From the NCBI RefSeq assembly GCF_000142905.1, contig NW_013657664.1:124001-188000 (forward strand): DNA of 64,000 bases. Direction: 5' to 3'. Positions 21,549 through 32,703 of this stretch are shown in pieces. The position numbers were made by a program, and so were the translations under genes. Numbering within the stretch: position 1 is the stretch's first letter; each line of letters opens with the position of its first letter. This DNA comes from Thecamonas trahens ATCC 50062. Its lineage: Eukaryota; Protista; Apusomonadida. The notes under the pieces were generated by a model. The model was given only the letters and a program-made list of their open reading frames with translations. It did no database searches and was not told the DNA's origin.

Positions 21549-22970
21549 CTACGATGCGACAAGGCCCGCAGGTGCAGAAGAGCCAATGTCTGCTGGAACA
21601 AAGCCGAGATCTTCGACGGGAATGCCGTACTCGGCGAGCTTGGCCTCGTAGACGCGGATAGTATCGTTGCGGGCCTTGACGACCTTGGCCACCTCGAGCT
21701 GCAGGGCGCGGATGGTTTTGTTCTTGACGTCAAGCACGTCCTCGAGGCGCTTGGTGACGGCGGCAAGAGCGCCCGGCTCGATGTTGGACGCGGCGAGGAC
21801 CTCGGAGAGCTGGGCGTCCTTCTTCTCGAGCTCGTCGTTGAGAACGGCCATCTTCTTCTCAAGCAACAAGTTCTTAAAGCCGGACTTTTGCTGGACCTCG
21901 TGAATGGTGGTGACAAACTTGTCGTACAGCTCGTCACGCTCGGCCTCGACCTGGGCAAAGCGCTGCTCGAGAACCTCGTGCTCCCACTGCAGATCCTTGA
22001 GCTCGTCCTTGGTGGTAGCCAGCATCTTGGTCGTCTTCTTCAGCCGCTCCTGGGTGGAGCGGAAGGCCTCCAGCTCCTTCTCCAGCTCCTCGACACGGGC
22101 AGTCTTTTCTGCAAGCGGCTCGAGGGCGCGCTGCAGATCGGCCTTCATGGAGAGCATGCGCTTGGCGTCTGCGTACGACTGCTTGCGCAGCTCCTCCACG
22201 TGGTCCTTGAGCGAGACAATGAGGGCCATGTTGTTCTGCGTAATGTCAAAGTAGTAGGCTTTGATGTCGGCAAAGGCCTTTTCGTGGTTGGCCATCAGGT
22301 CCTGGATGAACAAGTCCTTACGGTTCTGCAACTCCTTGAGCTCGGTCTTGCGGCGAAGCTCAATCTCTCTACGCAAGGCGCGGGTCTTCTGCACATAGTT
22401 GGCGTGCATCTCCTGCGCCTGCCGCTCGTAGTCTTCGCGGAGCTTGGTCTTTTCCTTCTCGTGATTCTGCTGGATAGTCCGCACATGGAGTTCGTTGCGC
22501 GACTGCTTCTCCTTCAGCTTGTGCTTCAGCTCGCGCTTGGTCTTCTTCAGCTCGCCCTGCTTGGACACTGCCTCGGTGTGCTGCAGCGTCATCTTAGACT
22601 CGGCCTGCCGCTTGAGCTCGGCAATCTTGTTCTGGTGCTCGTAGAGCAGGTGCTTGACCTTTTGCTTGTACACCTTGATCTGCACCTGGTGGTTCTCCTC
22701 GAGCTCCTCCATCTCGCGGTCCTTGTTACGCAGCGCAGCCTTGGCCTCGTCCAGATCCTTCTTGGTCACCTCCCAGAACGTGTTGATCTTGTCGCGTTCT
22801 AGCTGGTAGTAGTTGCGCTCCTCACGCTCAGCCTTCAGCAGGCCCTCCATTTCTTCCAGCTTGACCTGCAGCTCGGCCACGCTGGGGCCCTCGGCCTCCT
22901 CCGCCCGCCCGCCGCGCCGCCCACCGCGCCGCCCGCCCCGTCCGCGTCCACGTCGTCCGCGCCCAGACAT
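21549..22970 (-). CDS. GAS8: dynein regulatory complex subunit 4 (GAS8/trypanin)
   Basis: EREERNYYQLERDKINTFW, IKVYKQKVKHLLYEH, IKAYYFDITQNN, EVQQKSGFKNLLLEKK and GIPVEDLGF. Confidence 0.96.
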   Translation of the reverse strand: MSGRGRRGRGRGGRRGGRRGGRAEEAEGPSVAELQVKLEEMEGLLKAEREERNYYQLERDKINTFWEVTKKDLDEAKAALRNKDREMEELEENHQVQIKVYKQKVKHLLYEHQNKIAELKRQAESKMTLQHTEAVSKQGELKKTKRELKHKLKEKQSRNELHVRTIQQNHEKEKTKLREDYERQAQEMHANYVQKTRALRREIELRRKTELKELQNRKDLFIQDLMANHEKAFADIKAYYFDITQNNMALIVSLKDHVEELRKQSYADAKRMLSMKADLQRALEPLAEKTARVEELEKELEAFRSTQERLKKTTKMLATTKDELKDLQWEHEVLEQRFAQVEAERDELYDKFVTTIHEVQQKSGFKNLLLEKKMAVLNDELEKKDAQLSEVLAASNIEPGALAAVTKRLEDVLDVKNKTIRALQLEVAKVVKARNDTIRVYEAKLAEYGIPVEDLGFVPADIGSSAPAGLVAS

Positions 22971-23460
22971 AGCCGCCTGTTTGCTCGGCCAACCCTACGA
23001 CCTTGCTGCTGCTCCTGGCGACGACTAACTGCTCCGCGCGTCTGCACACAACCCCGTAGGTGGTGAAGAGCGAGGTGTTGACCGCCACTTGCCTACCAGC
23101 TAACCGCCTCCTCCCCCGCAGCTGCCAACGGGTCTTGGCCTCCGGCTGCCGTTGGTCGCCCGTTGCCCGCCAACCTATCGCGCCCACCCCAAACGGTTCG
23201 CACCGATCAAAACAGCCAAGACCCAATCATGTGGCCCCAATCCTGGCTCATCACGTGTCCCCAAGCCCGAGTATCTCTTTCATCTCACGGCTCACAGCCG
23301 CACCACTAGCTACAAGCCAAAGAGCATATGTCGATCAGGCCAAGCCACTCGCTACATCCTGCTTGGATGTGATGGGCGAGCTCGGCGGCAGCGGTGACAG
23401 TGGAGGACGGAGGGGGGGGGGGGGAAGGGCGTGGATTTTTCTCACTTTTTTCCGTTTCGC

Positions 23461-23474
23461 CATTCGCGCGAGCT
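23461..23474. promoter_or_regulatory. candidate ribosomal-protein promoter element CATTCGCGCGAGCT (upstream of RPS15A)
   Basis: Identical to 854-867; lies about 50 nt upstream of a TOP-like pyrimidine tract (TTCTCTCTCTCCC, about 23526). Confidence 0.45.
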
Positions 23475-23550
23475 GGATTCGGCAAGAGGCGGAGCGAACG
23501 AGGAAAGACGTTTGACAGCATCCAATTCTCTCTCTCCCACAGAACTTGCG

Positions 23551-24099
23551 GTACGTGATACTGCGGGCACTCTGTGTGGTGTACGCAGGAGGGGGGCTGA
23601 AGTGCGGTAAAGACGCTCTCTCCCTCCTGCACCGGCGTAGGACCCGTGTGTAGCCTCTTCCACTTGCCGTCCCTGGCCTTGGGCTGAGGAATGCGCTTGG
23701 TAGGGGTTGGCTATGCCGGGCACCCTCGTCGGCCACAAACACTACATTTGTGTCTGATCGCCGCCTGTGGCCACACTTCTGCCGGCTTTCCCCGCGGCTC
23801 CCACCCTCCACCCTCGCTGCAACCCAGCTGAGAGAGTGCTTGGAGCATGCCACGTCTGTGCGGTTGGCCCGCGCAGCCGATGGTAGCGGTTGTGTCCTCG
23901 TTGGCGTCGCCTGGGTGTTCTGACCTTTGCGGCCGATGCCACGGGATGGGATGGCCGGTTGGCTAGTGGTGGCGCAGCGGTAGCAGGGAGAGGCTGGGCG
24001 GTGTGCATAACCAAGAGGCGAATACTCACAGGTGTGGTGTGTGGACTTTGATGATTGTCTGATGGGCTACGTCGCGGCTTGGTCTTGTGGGTGATACAG
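23551..24099 (+). other. probable 5'-UTR intron of RPS15A
   Basis: GTACGT donor after a TOP-like tract, TACTCAC branch-like site at 24023-24029, and ACAG acceptor 3 nt before the ATG. Confidence 0.6.
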
Positions 24100-24102
24100 A
24101 AG

Positions 24103-24495
24103 ATGGTGCTCGTTTCGGTGCTCAACAACGCCCTCAACTCGATCTGCAACGCTGAGAAGCGCGGCAAGCGCCAGGTCCTCATCCGCCCGGCCTCCAAGGT
24201 TGTGGTCAAGTTCCTGACCGTCATGATGAAGCACAAGTACATCAACGAGTTTGAGATCGTCGATGACCGCCGTGCTGGCAAGATCATCGTCATGCTCACC
24301 GGGCGCATCAACAAGTGCGGTGTCATCTCGCCGCGCTTTGACGTCAAGCTTAAGGACATCGAGAAGTGGGTCCAGCAGCTCCTCCCGTCCCGCCAGTTCG
24401 GTTCGCTCGTCCTCACCACCTCGTACGGTATCATGGACCACGAGGAGGCCCGTGCCCGCCACACTGGTGGCCGCATCCTCGGCTACGTGTACTGA
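24103..24495 (+). CDS. RPS15A: 40S ribosomal protein S15A (uS8)
   Basis: [29 protein letters not shown]...[15 protein letters not shown]...LLPSRQFG...GIMDHEEAR. Confidence 0.97.
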   Translation: MVLVSVLNNALNSICNAEKRGKRQVLIRPASKVVVKFLTVMMKHKYINEFEIVDDRRAGKIIVMLTGRINKCGVISPRFDVKLKDIEKWVQQLLPSRQFGSLVLTTSYGIMDHEEARARHTGGRILGYVY

Positions 24496-24714
24496 ATGAA
24501 GCACGCCGCAAACCACACACGCTCTCTCACTCTCTAGCTCCCTCTCATTCTGCAGCTGAGACACTACATAGCAAGCGCAGCCCTCAGCGGCTGGTTTACA
24601 ACCACCGGCGTACCGTTCGGCAAGGCGGTGCAGCTAGTCGGTCGTCTGTGGCGTCTGGGGGTTTGGCGCCACCTGACACTCGTCCTTCCACCTCCCACAC
24701 ACACACCGCACACC

Positions 24715-25623
24715 ATGCCGCCAGCCCGACTGCGCGTAGCACTCGCTTCGCCACCCACCGTATGGTCGCCGTGGCGTCTTGGTCGTGGCGTGGCAGGCGC
24801 AGACGGCTCGACCACGTTGGTCATCACCGCAGCCGCAGCCGCGGCAATCGACGACGGCGCTAGTGCCGATGCCAAAGGTGCAGAGGCAGACGTGGAGATT
24901 AGCGCCGAGGGACGATCGGTTGGTCTCGTCGCGCCTTCAGAGTCGCTGCTAGCCAGCCTTCCGGATGATGTGCCTGCAGGCGCTGTGTTCTGCGTTGTGG
25001 GCGCTGCCGGGTCGGTGCTGTACCTTGCAGCCGATTCGATCGACGCTGCGCTCGAGTGGGTCGCCCGTCTTGCGCCGGCAGACATTGTCGCCCGCCAGCG
25101 CGATCTGCTCGCCCACGCTGACGCCACCATCCGTGATCTCACCAACTCGCTTCGCGAGCTGCATGCGTGGAAGGTGGAGCACGTGTGCGCGGAGATGCCG
25201 GTGGCGCCTACGCCTCCGCGCACGCCCGCACCCGTGCCCGAGCCCGCGCCTGCGCCTACCTTCGCGCCGCCCACGCCTGACCCTCCTGCCCAGTCGGAGC
25301 GGCTCCGCGAGGCTCTTGCTGAAGCCATTCAGTTGGAGCGGCAGCTGGCGCGAGCGATGGCTACCAACGCCGAGCTAGAGGAGCAGACCGAGCGGCTGTG
25401 CAACCACGTTGCGGATGCGAACCAGCGCGCGGCGGCACAACGCGACGCCGACGCTGCACGCCTCGCCACGCTCACTGCCACCATCCGCGAGCTTGATGCC
25501 GCTGTCGTTGGTCTCAACGAAGAGAATGCTGAGCTTGCCAGCGCGCTGCGGGCCTCCGAAGACCGTGTAGCCAAGCTCGAGCGCGCGGTCCGGATGCTCA
25601 CCGCCGATCGCCATGGCGGGTAG
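24715..25623 (+). CDS. hypothetical PH-like domain plus coiled-coil protein
   Basis: VFCVV...VLYLAADSIDAALEWVARL resembles the end of a PH domain; followed by a Pro-rich linker and a heptad C-terminus. Confidence 0.6.
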   Translation: MPPARLRVALASPPTVWSPWRLGRGVAGADGSTTLVITAAAAAAIDDGASADAKGAEADVEISAEGRSVGLVAPSESLLASLPDDVPAGAVFCVVGAAGSVLYLAADSIDAALEWVARLAPADIVARQRDLLAHADATIRDLTNSLRELHAWKVEHVCAEMPVAPTPPRTPAPVPEPAPAPTFAPPTPDPPAQSERLREALAEAIQLERQLARAMATNAELEEQTERLCNHVADANQRAAAQRDADAARLATLTATIRELDAAVVGLNEENAELASALRASEDRVAKLERAVRMLTADRHGG

Positions 25624-25652
25624 CCTGTGCGAGTGCCCGTTAGCCCCTGTGT

Positions 25653-26909
25653 TCATTGCCGAGAGCCTGCAGCAATGCATGTCATGCACTTTGCGCCGCG
25701 ATCGCGCTTGCGCTTCTGCGACTTGGAGAAGGCCGAGCCCGGCTTGGTCTCGCCACACACAGCGCAGACAATGTCGCGGGCTTGCTGTTGGCGGCTGCTT
25801 CCGCTGGCAGCTTGCGACCTTTTGGCCGCCGCTGGTGCATCGGGTCCGGCCGGCTCTTCCCCGGTCTCGAGCCACTCGTGGGTGACATCTTTGCGCGGCA
25901 GATCCGCGGCGCCGGCGGCAGCGTCGGCGGTGTAGTTGGCGAGAAAGGCGTCGACCGCAGCCGAGTCCGGCGCGAGACTGGTGGTCAAGGCGTCGACAAG
26001 CTCGCCAAGTGAGGGTTCTTCCGCCAGCTTGTCCAGCAACTCGCCGAGGCGAGTAGCGCTTGAGGTGTTGGCGGCGAGCACGGCAGCACGGACCGCGTCG
26101 TGGCGTGCATCGTCAAGAACAACGAGATGCCGCGCACAGTGGACCCTGTCTTCGAGTACAGTGGCGGTCCAGAACGAGGCAAAGCCGCACTCGCGTGCGG
26201 CAGCGTCGCGACCATCAATGGCCAGCTGGGCGTTGTTGGGCGAGCAAGCCATGCTCCCGCGCTTAGCGTGGACCGAGACCTCGACCGGGCCGAGCCGGCC
26301 AACGGTTACCGGGCGGCGCACAGCGCGGGTGGTCACGCCGCGCGGATCAAACACGCCCAGCGCTAGAATCTGCCGCCGCCGCCGCGACTTGGCCGCCGCC
26401 TTGGCGCTCGGCCCCTTGCTAGCCTCGCCGTTCTTCCGCGAGCGGTATGCAAAGTTGGACTCGCGCGGGCCGGAGCGGGAGTCAAAAGCCCAGCCGTGAC
26501 TCACCAGATTGAGTGCCGTCTCACTCGGCGGCTTGCCCCACACCGTCACTTCGATCCGCAGCTCGGCGAGCTCGAGCAGTGGGCTTGCCCACGATCGCAG
26601 ACCGTCGACGAGCTCGGGTGGCAGCGCAGCAAGCGCGGCCGGATCCCGGCTCGCCAGCTCGATGGTGATGTGTGGCGGAGCAAAGGCGTACGAGGCCGAG
26701 GCATAAGACCCGATGTACACCATCGACCGCAGAAACAAGGTATCGTCAAACATAATCCGCGGACAGCGGCCCTCGCCCGAGCCATCGTACTCGATCGTCG
26801 TCCCGCCCGGGCCTGTCGTCGCGCCTGCAATGTCAAACACGGCGTCGTCGCTCGGAACCAGCGCCTCCAGCCGCTCGTCCAGCCTTTGTCGCTCACTTTG
26901 TGCCGCCAT
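25653..26909 (-). CDS. hypothetical protein with C-terminal Stc1-like Zn finger (CxxC..FSKSQ..CxxC)
   Basis: CAVCGETKPGSAFSKSQKRKRDRGAKCMTC; the N-terminal region is not recognised. Confidence 0.65.
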   Translation of the reverse strand: MAAQSERQRLDERLEALVPSDDAVFDIAGATTGPGGTTIEYDGSGEGRCPRIMFDDTLFLRSMVYIGSYASASYAFAPPHITIELASRDPAALAALPPELVDGLRSWASPLLELAELRIEVTVWGKPPSETALNLVSHGWAFDSRSGPRESNFAYRSRKNGEASKGPSAKAAAKSRRRRQILALGVFDPRGVTTRAVRRPVTVGRLGPVEVSVHAKRGSMACSPNNAQLAIDGRDAAARECGFASFWTATVLEDRVHCARHLVVLDDARHDAVRAAVLAANTSSATRLGELLDKLAEEPSLGELVDALTTSLAPDSAAVDAFLANYTADAAAGAADLPRKDVTHEWLETGEEPAGPDAPAAAKRSQAASGSSRQQQARDIVCAVCGETKPGSAFSKSQKRKRDRGAKCMTCIAAGSRQ

Positions 26910-27440
26910 TGCCCTCCCTAAAGACGTTTCAAGTCGAGTGCTACTACGGGAGGGGAGGGGCGCGGAGGGGCGGGACCGTAGCAAGCTAGTGGGGGGAACT
27001 GCGGCAAGCCAGAGAAGCAAGCGAAGGAAGGGAAAGGAATGGAAGAATGCCTGCGGGCAGCAGCCAACGAAAGACCTCGATTGAGGGCAGTCACCGAAGG
27101 ATGGCCTGCGACTAACCGCAACGACGGTGGCGACCAAAATTACAATCACTCGCTCATCCAGCCGCACCCAACCAAGCTCCCGAGCTCCGATTGGCTCACA
27201 TACAGCCAATACAATGCCCAATCGCCCACTACCTCCACCTACACAAAGTCATCTTGAGTACATCTGCCTCCGATGACTTCTTCTCATCCCCTAACTCACA
27301 ACCACACCCATCATCTGAGTACCCGCCGCCACAACCAGCCGCACACACACACACACACACACACCAACCTTCTCCTGCCCAACCTGGACACACCTCACGC
27401 CAGAGCTCCCCCCCCCCTCTCACACACATACCCAAACGAC

Positions 27441-30400
27441 ATGAGCGGGACACGCGTGCAGCTGGCAGCAGTGGTAGCCGTTGTCTTTGCGGCTCTGGTG
27501 GTGGCTGTGGTGGCGCAAGGCCCGACGACAACGTTCGCTCCGCAGGCCGTCCGCGACTCGTCGGTGGTGGCACTATGGGAGTTCCTGGAGGGCTCTGGTT
27601 TGACGACGGCCGACACGTCTGGCCGAGCGCCTTCCCTTGATCTGACTCTCGCTCCGTCGGTCACCTGGGAGCCGTCGACCCGCGGCCTCCGTATCGACGC
27701 GTCGGCGGGTGGTGCTGACGGCCTCACAGGCGCGGCAGCGTCGCCCGGGGTGGAGAAGATCATGGCGTCAACCGAGAACGACTACGGCTGGAACTACACC
27801 ACCGAGGTCTGGTCGTGGCCCACGGCGTTCCCGCCGAACAACGGCTGGCACACCCTGTTCCAGCTCTGTAACTCGGCCCACGACAACGACCGCCTCGACC
27901 TTCTCCCGCCGTGCATGCGCCAGGCCCTGTACCACGGCGCAGGCGTCAACGTCTCGCATGCTTTCTCTTGGCAGCTCATGTTTGAGGAGGTGGTTGCCGG
28001 CTCGTTCATCAACAAGCAGGCGCTCGGCTTTTCCAAGGCCGAGGCCCCCGTTCCGGGCCTCCGCCACTCGGTCGCCCGCTACTCCGTGACCACGCCGGCG
28101 CCGTTTGGCGAGCTCGGCCCGGGCTATGCCCTCGGCCAAATCTTCATCAATGGTGCAGAGGTTTCCGGCTCGGTTGCTGGCTCACGCGAGACCCAGGGCC
28201 TTCCCATCAACGCGTGGGAGACCATTGCGCCCAAGGCCCCGCACTCGTGGCGCGCCCATTCGGCCGCCAACCGAACCTTTACCATCGGCTACTCGCTGGA
28301 CAACTCGGGCGCCATCCACCCGAGCGCAGGCTACAAGGGCGCCATCTACATGATTGCCCTCTACGACCGCGCCCTCACCGACGCCGAGATCGCCGCAAAC
28401 TACCTCGCCGGCCCGCCCACCGTCGCCCCGTCGACCCTCGCTCCGCCTCCCGGCCCGGCCCCGTCGACCGCTGAAAACGTCAACGCCTCGCTCACCTTTC
28501 CGGGCTCAGACGCCGACACCGTCTTTGGGTGGGACTCGGGCCTCTCGGCCCGCATCGATTCCATCTCGGTCTCGTCGCCCATCGCCTCGTTCTTCCCCAG
28601 CAATGCTGTCGGCAAGTTCTACGACGGCAATGACGTCGAGGTCATCGCCGCCGCGCCGACCTCGTTTGCCACGGCCCTTGCTCCTGGCGGTCCGACCGTC
28701 ACTTTTGTCCCGGCTACCGGCTTTACGGCTCGGTCACCGTCAACTACCGCAGCGTCGACTCGCGCCGCGCCGTAGCGCCCTCGGCCTCCTCTCTGGTGCT
28801 CACCGTCACCAATGTCGAGCACGCTCCGGTCGCTGTTGCCTCGGGCGCCTCCACCTTTGCCGGAGCCCCGGTCGTTGTCGTCCTCTCTGGAACTGACCTT
28901 GATCCCGAGTCGCTCCTCTCGCCCACCGTCACCCAGCTGCCCGACGCCAACCTCTATGGCACCCTGGCCAAGCTCGATGGCGAGCCGGTCATTGCCAACC
29001 AGATCATTCCCACCGCCACCCGCCTGGGCTCGGTCCGCTTCACCCCGCGCGCCTCGATGGCACTGCTCTCGCAGGTCCCCTCGGTTACCGCAACCTTCAA
29101 ATTTACCCTCACCGACTCGCTGACCGCGGTTGTCTCCAACGAGGCCACCGCCACTGTCACCATCCTTAACAATGCCCACGCCACCACGGCGTCGTACGCT
29201 ATTGTGGAGGACACTCGCACCCGTGTCGTCCTCGCCGGCACCGACGACGTCTCGGCAGCCGCCCTCTCATTCCGCATCGTCCAGCTGCCCGCCGCAGGCA
29301 CCCTCTACTTTGCCGGCACCGACATTCCCGTCAGTGCCGGCGACATGGTGCCTGTCGCCGACGCCGGCGCGGTCGACTACCAGCCCGGCGCGGACTTTGT
29401 CGGCGTTGACATCCTCAAGTTCACCGCGACCTCGGCGGTCTCGCTGGCCGAGTCGGTCCCGGCCGTTGCTTCGTTTAACGTCTCCAACGTCAACGACGCG
29501 CCACGCCCGCAGAACGCGCGTGTCGAGTTCTTCGCTCTCGACCTCAACTCCACCTTTGCGCTCCCGGTGGTCGAGGTCGACGGCGACGTCATCACCGTCT
29601 CTGTCACCGCCATCCCGCAGGCCTCGATTGTCGCTCTCTCGCAGACAGCCTCTGCCGGCGGCGCCGACATCACCGCCATGCCCACCATTGTGACCGACGC
29701 CCTGCGCCGTGTCGTTGCCCATGCCGTCGCCCCGACCCAGAGCTCGACCCAGGGCTACGCCGCGGAAATCACCTTTACCGCCGTCGATCCCTACGGCCTG
29801 GTCGGCACGCCTGCCGTCGTCACCGTCTTTGTCAAGCACTCGTTCTTTGCTGCCAACGTGACGGCAACCACCGCCGAGGACACGCCGACGACAGTCTCCC
29901 TCGCCACCCAGGACTACTTTGGCCGCGCCTACGCCGTCTACCTCCGTTCGCTCCCGGACCCGGCCACGGTCGGTACGCTGCGCCTTGTCGGCTCGACAGA
30001 GGCTATCACCCAGGCTCAGCTCCCGCTTGTCCTCACGCCCGCCACCGCTGGTACCGCCGTCACCCTCATTGAGTTTGTGCCCGCCCGCGACGCTGTCGTC
30101 CCGCTCACGTCGTTCGAGTACGAGATCCGCGACACCGAGGGCCGCGGCGAGGTTGTGGTCGGCACCGTCTTTGTGTCGACGACGGCTGTGCCCGACCCGC
30201 CGCGGGTCGAGCTGACCAACCCGAGCGAGACGCTCGAGATCGCTGATGGCGCCGTGCTTGAGATCACCACCCTCGTGGTCGCCGAAGTCGACGACCCGAA
30301 CGCCATCGTGAGCGTCAACGTGACTGCTGTCGGGACCGGGCTCGTCGCTGGCTCGGGCCCGCTCGACTCGGTCACCTTTGCCAAGACGCTCACTCTCTCG

Positions 30401-31762
30401 GGCACGTCGGCCGAGATCGCGGCGCAGCTCCTCGCGCCGCTGCGGTTCAAGTCGGGTCCGGAGCAACGGGTCCGGGAAGCGACAGCGTTTGAGGTCCAGG
30501 TCTCAGCGCAGGCGCAGGGCGAGGAGTCCAAGCTCTCGCTCTTTGTCAACGTTCTACCTGTGCCCGACCCATCGGGTGTCTCGCTCGACGGCTCGCTCGT
30601 CGCCGCCGTCGCGGCAGCAGCCTGCACGGCGCTGCTCTTTGGCGCTGTCGGCGCCTTTATCCTCTACCGGCGGCAAGAGTCGGAACCGAAGCTCCCGCCA
30701 CCGCCTCAGTTTACGCCGTTCATCTACGACGAGAACCGGCTAGTGTCGTCGGCCGAGGCCACGGGCGTCCGTGCGCCGGTCTCGATGACCACTGAGTTTA
30801 CCGAGCTCGTTGTGGCCCGCGGCCAGGGCCTGGTCTACGCACTGTTCGAGGTTTCGGCCGAGGCCGACATTGACGACGTGTGCGAGCGGCTGGTGTTCGT
30901 GTATGAGGGCCATGGGCGGGCGTCAGCGCCCGACCTCGTCGCCTGCATTGCCCAGCGTGAGATCCAGATGGCGGCATCGTCGGTGACCCTCTTCCGGTCC
31001 AACTCGCGGGCGTGCAAGCTGTACTCAGTCTACGCCAAGGTCGTTGGCCTCCCGTACCTCTACGCCACGCTCGGCCCGCTGTTTGTGCAGCTTGTGGAGC
31101 AAGATGGATCGATCGAGGTCGCCCCCGAAAAGGTGCGTAAGTCCAAGAGTGGCTCGGTCGACGTCACCGTCAACAAGTGGCGCCTTCTCGTGGTGGCCCA
31201 GAAGTTCTTCAAGGCCATTACCGAGTCGGTCGACGCCGTGCCGTACGAGCTCCGCCAGCTGGCCCAGACTCTTTGGCACGAGATGGGCAAGCCGTCGGCG
31301 TTCCCGGAGCGCCGGTCGATTGCCCTTGGCACCTTCTTTTTCATCCGCTTCATTTGCCCGGCTATCGCCCAGCCCGAGGCCTACGGTCTCGTCCGCGAAG
31401 TCCCCTCGTCGGACCTCCGCCGCCTCCTCGTCCTCGTCGCCAAGACGCTGCAGAACCTGGCCAACGGCACTATGTTCGTCGAGAAAGAGCTTGACGCCAT
31501 GAACGTCTTCATCGACTCGAACCAGGAGAAAATGGGCAACTTTCTGGCCGCCGTCGCCGGCACCGGCGGCGGTGCCGTCGGCACTGGCGTCCCAGTCCCG
31601 GCCCCGGTCTACGACGCCTCGGTCGCCTGGCTCTACGCCCACACCCAGGCTCTCCACGCCGACCTCCATCTGCTCCTCTCCGGTGTTCAGGTCGAGGGCG
31701 CACGCGAACTTGATCAGGCCCTCATCCGCGTCCTGCCGCGAGCACCAACCATGTCTGTCTAA
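27441..31762 (+). CDS. single-pass receptor-type RasGAP: signal peptide, LamG/ConA-like domain, Ig/cadherin-like repeats, TM, RasGAP; apparent 1-nt deletion at about 28726
   Basis: Hydrophobic leader; VALWEFLEGSG.TTADTSG and YKGAIYMIALYDRALTDAEIAANY (LamG-like); NVNDAP/EDTP repeats; TM LVAAVAAAACTALLFGAVGAFILYRR; LFRSNS arginine finger, FIRFICPAI and KTLQNLAN. Confidence 0.85.
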
Positions 31763-31794
31763 ACGCCATTGTCGGTGCGTCCGCCCACAAGTCG

Positions 31795-32703
31795 TCAGCT
31801 GGTCAACACTGTCAGCTCGGACGTGATGTACGTCGTCACTACTTGCTGCGACCACTGGGTATTGAGAAAGCCGAGCCCGCCGAGAATGACCGAGACCAGG
31901 GCTTGGACGTAGCCCGGGAGTTTGAGGAAGCGCGCTGGCCGCAGTCCGCGCCGCCAGGCGTATAGCACCACAAAGAAGAGCGCAGGCGCCCGAAAGGCGA
32001 GATAGAAGACGGCACGAGCAAAGAGCAGCCCGCGGTAGAAGAGGGAGCTGCGATCAACCTGCAGCCGCTGGCAGAACCACAGCACGTTCTGCGGGAGAAC
32101 AGTGAGCTCGGTGATGAAAAACGCTGTGGGAATAAAGGCAAGCGATCGAAGACAGGGCATGAGTGCCGAGCCGACAACGCCTGCAATGTGATGAGCCCAC
32201 ATCGACGGCGTCTCGCCGCCGTGCAACGCCATGGTCACCAGATCGTAGAGCGTGTAGCCGAGATGGCAGGCGTAGTACGAGTCGAGAATGGGCGGATACG
32301 GACGAGTGACCGAGTCATCAAACAAGCGCACGCCTGCGACGGCCCAAAGTCCGCCGATGCCCATGATGGCGCCATGAACCCACGAGACAACATGCTCGGC
32401 GAGGTAAATGTTGGCATCCTCGGGCGGCATGGCGGCAAGGATGTCCTTGGCCACCGAAGCATGGATAATGCCATGCGCTACACCATGCAGCGCCACACAG
32501 CCCAGTAGCCATCCACCAGAGAGTACAGCAATGCGTCGCCATGGATACCGCAGGCGGATGGAGGCCAGGAAGGCATCCTCGTCCAACTCGCTCCGTCGTG
32601 GGTCCTCCCATGCTCCGTCCACCTCGGCCGTGGAGAACCCGTCCTCTTCCCGCAATGCCGCTGCCTCCACCAGTGCCTCCCATGCAGCCCGTACTGTCTC
32701 CAT
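31795..32703 (-). CDS. TLC (TRAM/LAG1/CLN8) domain membrane protein
   Basis: Several TM helices, GYTLYDL, MWAHH, TELTVLPQN and FYLAFRA. Confidence 0.8.
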   Translation of the reverse strand: METVRAAWEALVEAAALREEDGFSTAEVDGAWEDPRRSELDEDAFLASIRLRYPWRRIAVLSGGWLLGCVALHGVAHGIIHASVAKDILAAMPPEDANIYLAEHVVSWVHGAIMGIGGLWAVAGVRLFDDSVTRPYPPILDSYYACHLGYTLYDLVTMALHGGETPSMWAHHIAGVVGSALMPCLRSLAFIPTAFFITELTVLPQNVLWFCQRLQVDRSSLFYRGLLFARAVFYLAFRAPALFFVVLYAWRRGLRPARFLKLPGYVQALVSVILGGLGFLNTQWSQQVVTTYITSELTVLTS

